A DNA stretch of 64,000 nt from the NCBI GenBank assembly GCA_002928395.1, contig PEQZ01000001.1, positions 2,325 through 66,324 on the forward strand, given 5' to 3'. The notes beneath the pieces were generated by a model. The model made no database searches and was not told the DNA's origin. It was given only the letters and a program-made list of their open reading frames with translations. Origin of the DNA: Hyphomicrobium sp. (GTDB taxonomy: Bacteria > Pseudomonadota > Alphaproteobacteria > Rhizobiales > Hyphomicrobiaceae). Each line of letters begins with the position of its first letter. Position 1 is the stretch's first letter. Below are positions 62,145-64,000 of the stretch, piece by piece. The position numbers and the translations under genes are program-made.

Positions 62145-63077
62145 TCACCCCGCGTGCCGCATGTCCCAGTTGCGCATGGCGGCGGCGAGTGCCGCAGATG
62201 CCAGGCGCGCGGCAGCGGGATCGGAGCGGCTGGTCAGCAGGATCGGCACCTTCGCACCGAGCACCACGCCACCCATGCACGCGCCCATGTACTGGGTCAT
62301 CATTTTCATCAGCGCGTTGCCGACGACGATCTCGGGCATGATGAGGATGTCGGCCGCGCCTGCCACCCGCGAGACCACGCCTTTCACCTTCACCGCTTCC
62401 GGCGAGACGCAGAGGTCGAACGCCAGAGGGCCGTCGACGTCGGCGTCCTGAACGGCGTCCTTGGCCCACCTGGTGAGTTCCACCGCCTCGGTCGTCGACG
62501 GGATCTTGGGCGAGAGCACCTCGGTCGCCGACAGCAGCGCGACCTTGGGTCGTGCGTTGCCGAGTGCGTGCGCGAGTGCAATCGCGTTGGCAATGATGAC
62601 CTTTTTCAGTTCGACGTCGGGGGCTGGATTGAGCGCGCCGTCGGTGATGATCAGCGAGCCCGCGCGCCCCGGTACGGTCAGGTGCGAGATGTGAGTGAGC
62701 GGTTTGCCGACGCGCAAGCCGGCTTCCTTGTTGAGCACGGCCTTCATGAACACGTCGGTGTGGAGGTGTCCTTTCATCAGCGCTTCCGCGCGGCCGCGAC
62801 CGGTGGCCAAGGCGCCAGCCTGGGCCGCTGCCTCCTCGCCATCCGCCTCGATCACCTCGAAGGTCGCGATGTCCCAGCCGATACGTTCCGCCACTCGCCG
62901 CATCTCGGAAAGATTGCCGACCAGCACCGGCTCGATGATGCCGGCAACGGTCGCGTCACGTGCGCTTTCCAGCACCACGTCGTTGACGGCGTTGACAACC
63001 ATCGTGCGCACGGGTTTTGAGCCGCGAGCCGCCGCCAACAGCGGCTGCGGGCATTCGAATATCTGGCCTCCCAGCAT
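62145..63077 (-). CDS. pta: Phosphate acetyl/butyryl transferase family protein (Pta, short form)
   Basis: 310 aa from the ATG at 63077 (GGAG 8 nt upstream; alternative ATG at 63092). The PTA_PTB pattern is present: ...ALMKGHLHTDVFMKAVL...ITDGALNPAPD...GPLAFDLCVSPEA...ADILIMPEIVVGNALMK. It is convergent with xsc. Confidence 0.8.
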   Translation of the reverse strand: MLGGQIFECPQPLLAAARGSKPVRTMVVNAVNDVVLESARDATVAGIIEPVLVGNLSEMRRVAERIGWDIATFEVIEADGEEAAAQAGALATGRGRAEALMKGHLHTDVFMKAVLNKEAGLRVGKPLTHISHLTVPGRAGSLIITDGALNPAPDVELKKVIIANAIALAHALGNARPKVALLSATEVLSPKIPSTTEAVELTRWAKDAVQDADVDGPLAFDLCVSPEAVKVKGVVSRVAGAADILIMPEIVVGNALMKMMTQYMGACMGGVVLGAKVPILLTSRSDPAAARLASAALAAAMRNWDMRHAG

Positions 63078-63329
63078 GTCCTTCGCTCCCATTTTTGTTC
63101 GACTGAAGTGTTGTTTCTTGTCGTGACAGCTATCCGGGATGCCGTCATTCGGCAATTCGACGTTCGGGTTCGGGGCTCCCATCAGGCCGGATCTCGCCCG
63201 ATCCCCGGCGCCGACGGCCGAGCTTGCGCATCCGGTCGAGAGACGTTTGATCCAAGTCAAATCTCAATTGGGCCCGTCGCATTAGCCTGGGGCGTGGCAT
63301 GTGGTGCCGCGGTTCGAAGGGATGTTGTC

Positions 63330-63617
63330 ATGGTCCAGGCTCGCAATCCGGAATCACCCGCCCTCGTCGTCGAGCGCCTCAAGGCGGCCGACCTCGATCC
63401 CGGCTTTGTGCGGGTGGCCGAGCCGGAGCTGTTCGCGGAACTCGTCGCCACCTGTAGCGATTGCCAATGTGGGGATCGTTGCAAATCGGATTTCGCGGAG
63501 CCCGACGCTTGCGAGAAGGTTGCAGCTTACTGCCCCAACACGCCGCGGGTGGACGAACTGACGGTCGCCAAGCCAGATTCTTTCGCGCCGGTCACCACGT
63601 GGCGCGGAGCGGTCTGA
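63330..63617 (+). CDS. Hypothetical small cysteine-rich protein (possibly DUF6455-like)
   Basis: 95 aa from the ATG at 63330: ...LFAELVATCSDCQCGDRCKSDFAEPDACEKVAAYCPNTPRVDEL... The Cys spacing and YCPN motif resemble small Cys proteins I recall from Rhodobacterales sulfonate loci. Recognition is weak. Confidence 0.4.
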   Translation: MVQARNPESPALVVERLKAADLDPGFVRVAEPELFAELVATCSDCQCGDRCKSDFAEPDACEKVAAYCPNTPRVDELTVAKPDSFAPVTTWRGAV

Positions 63618-63859
63618 CAAACGCCCCGCCCTACATCACCAGCCTGAATGCCGCGTCCTTGCGCTCGACGCGGCCGAGACCGGGCTACGAACGATTTTGC
63701 CCGTGACCCGGTGGGCCGGCAGTGGCCGTGCCGCCGCGCTGGAAGTGCGCAGCTGCAGCCGGGTCCGTCGCGAGAGCAGAGGCCGGCGCGATGGGCTGTG
63801 CTCCGGCTTCCGCATTTCGGATGTCCTTCCGCCGTGCCTCGGTTCCGCGACGGTTCAGT

Positions 63860-64000
63860 TCAGCTGAAGATGTCGGCGGTGATGCCCGAGTACCAGCCCA
63901 TGTTCTCGACTTGGGTCTGCTTGCGGATGTCGGCACTTTCGCCGGGTTTCGACACGAAGCCTTCGACCTCGGCGATCTTGCCGTCCTTGGCCTCATAGCG
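63860..64000 (-). CDS. 3' end of a CDS whose start lies beyond the window (function unknown)
   Basis: The minus strand is open in frame from the window edge to TGA (63860-63862) with strong GC3 bias: ...RYEAKDGKIAEVEGFVSKPGESADIRKQTQVENMGWYSGITADIFS*. It is not in the ORF track because it has no start. The 103-aa track ORF on the same strand is an Arg-rich alternative frame. Confidence 0.5.
   Translation of the reverse strand, partial: RYEAKDGKIAEVEGFVSKPGESADIRKQTQVENMGWYSGITADIFS

Overview
High-GC (~63-65%), gene-dense chromosomal segment. Its gene content points to an alphaproteobacterium, probably Rhizobiales/Bradyrhizobiaceae-like: SciP, a MarR-OmpR-EnvZ-type trio, lgt-DUF185-pgeF, prs/rplY/pth/ychF and a Tim44-like protein. 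That placement is inference only. I support about 60 CDS, one tRNA-Met(CAU), and several hairpins, palindromes and repeats. I saw no rRNA, CRISPR array, transposase, integrase or prophage genes.

Most of the window is housekeeping. Three accessory-looking parts stand out:
- 44.9-63.1 kb: an apparent C2-sulfonate catabolic island. A TRAP + GMC dehydrogenase + IclR module looks isethionate-type. A second IclR-controlled module has TTT transporter + CoA-acylating aldehyde dehydrogenase + SucCD-like ADP-forming ligase + Xsc-like ThDP enzyme + Pta. I read the second module as a non-canonical sulfoacetate route.
- 29.3-35.4 kb: an MTA-salvage locus (mtnP, mtnA, class II aldolase, apt) resembling the DHAP shunt. 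It is interrupted by a Tat-exported class D beta-lactamase and several tiny ORFs.
- Scattered oddities: inverted arrays of 7-bp repeats running into the pgeF start, a 15-bp perfect inverted repeat in a convergent gap, a small cationic 8-Cys secreted peptide, a secreted C2-like protein, an orphan DUF2235/Tle1-like hydrolase, and a terminator-like hairpin in the rplY leader.

All family calls come from by-eye motif recognition; no searches were run. Coordinates of non-CDS features may be off by 1-2 nt.
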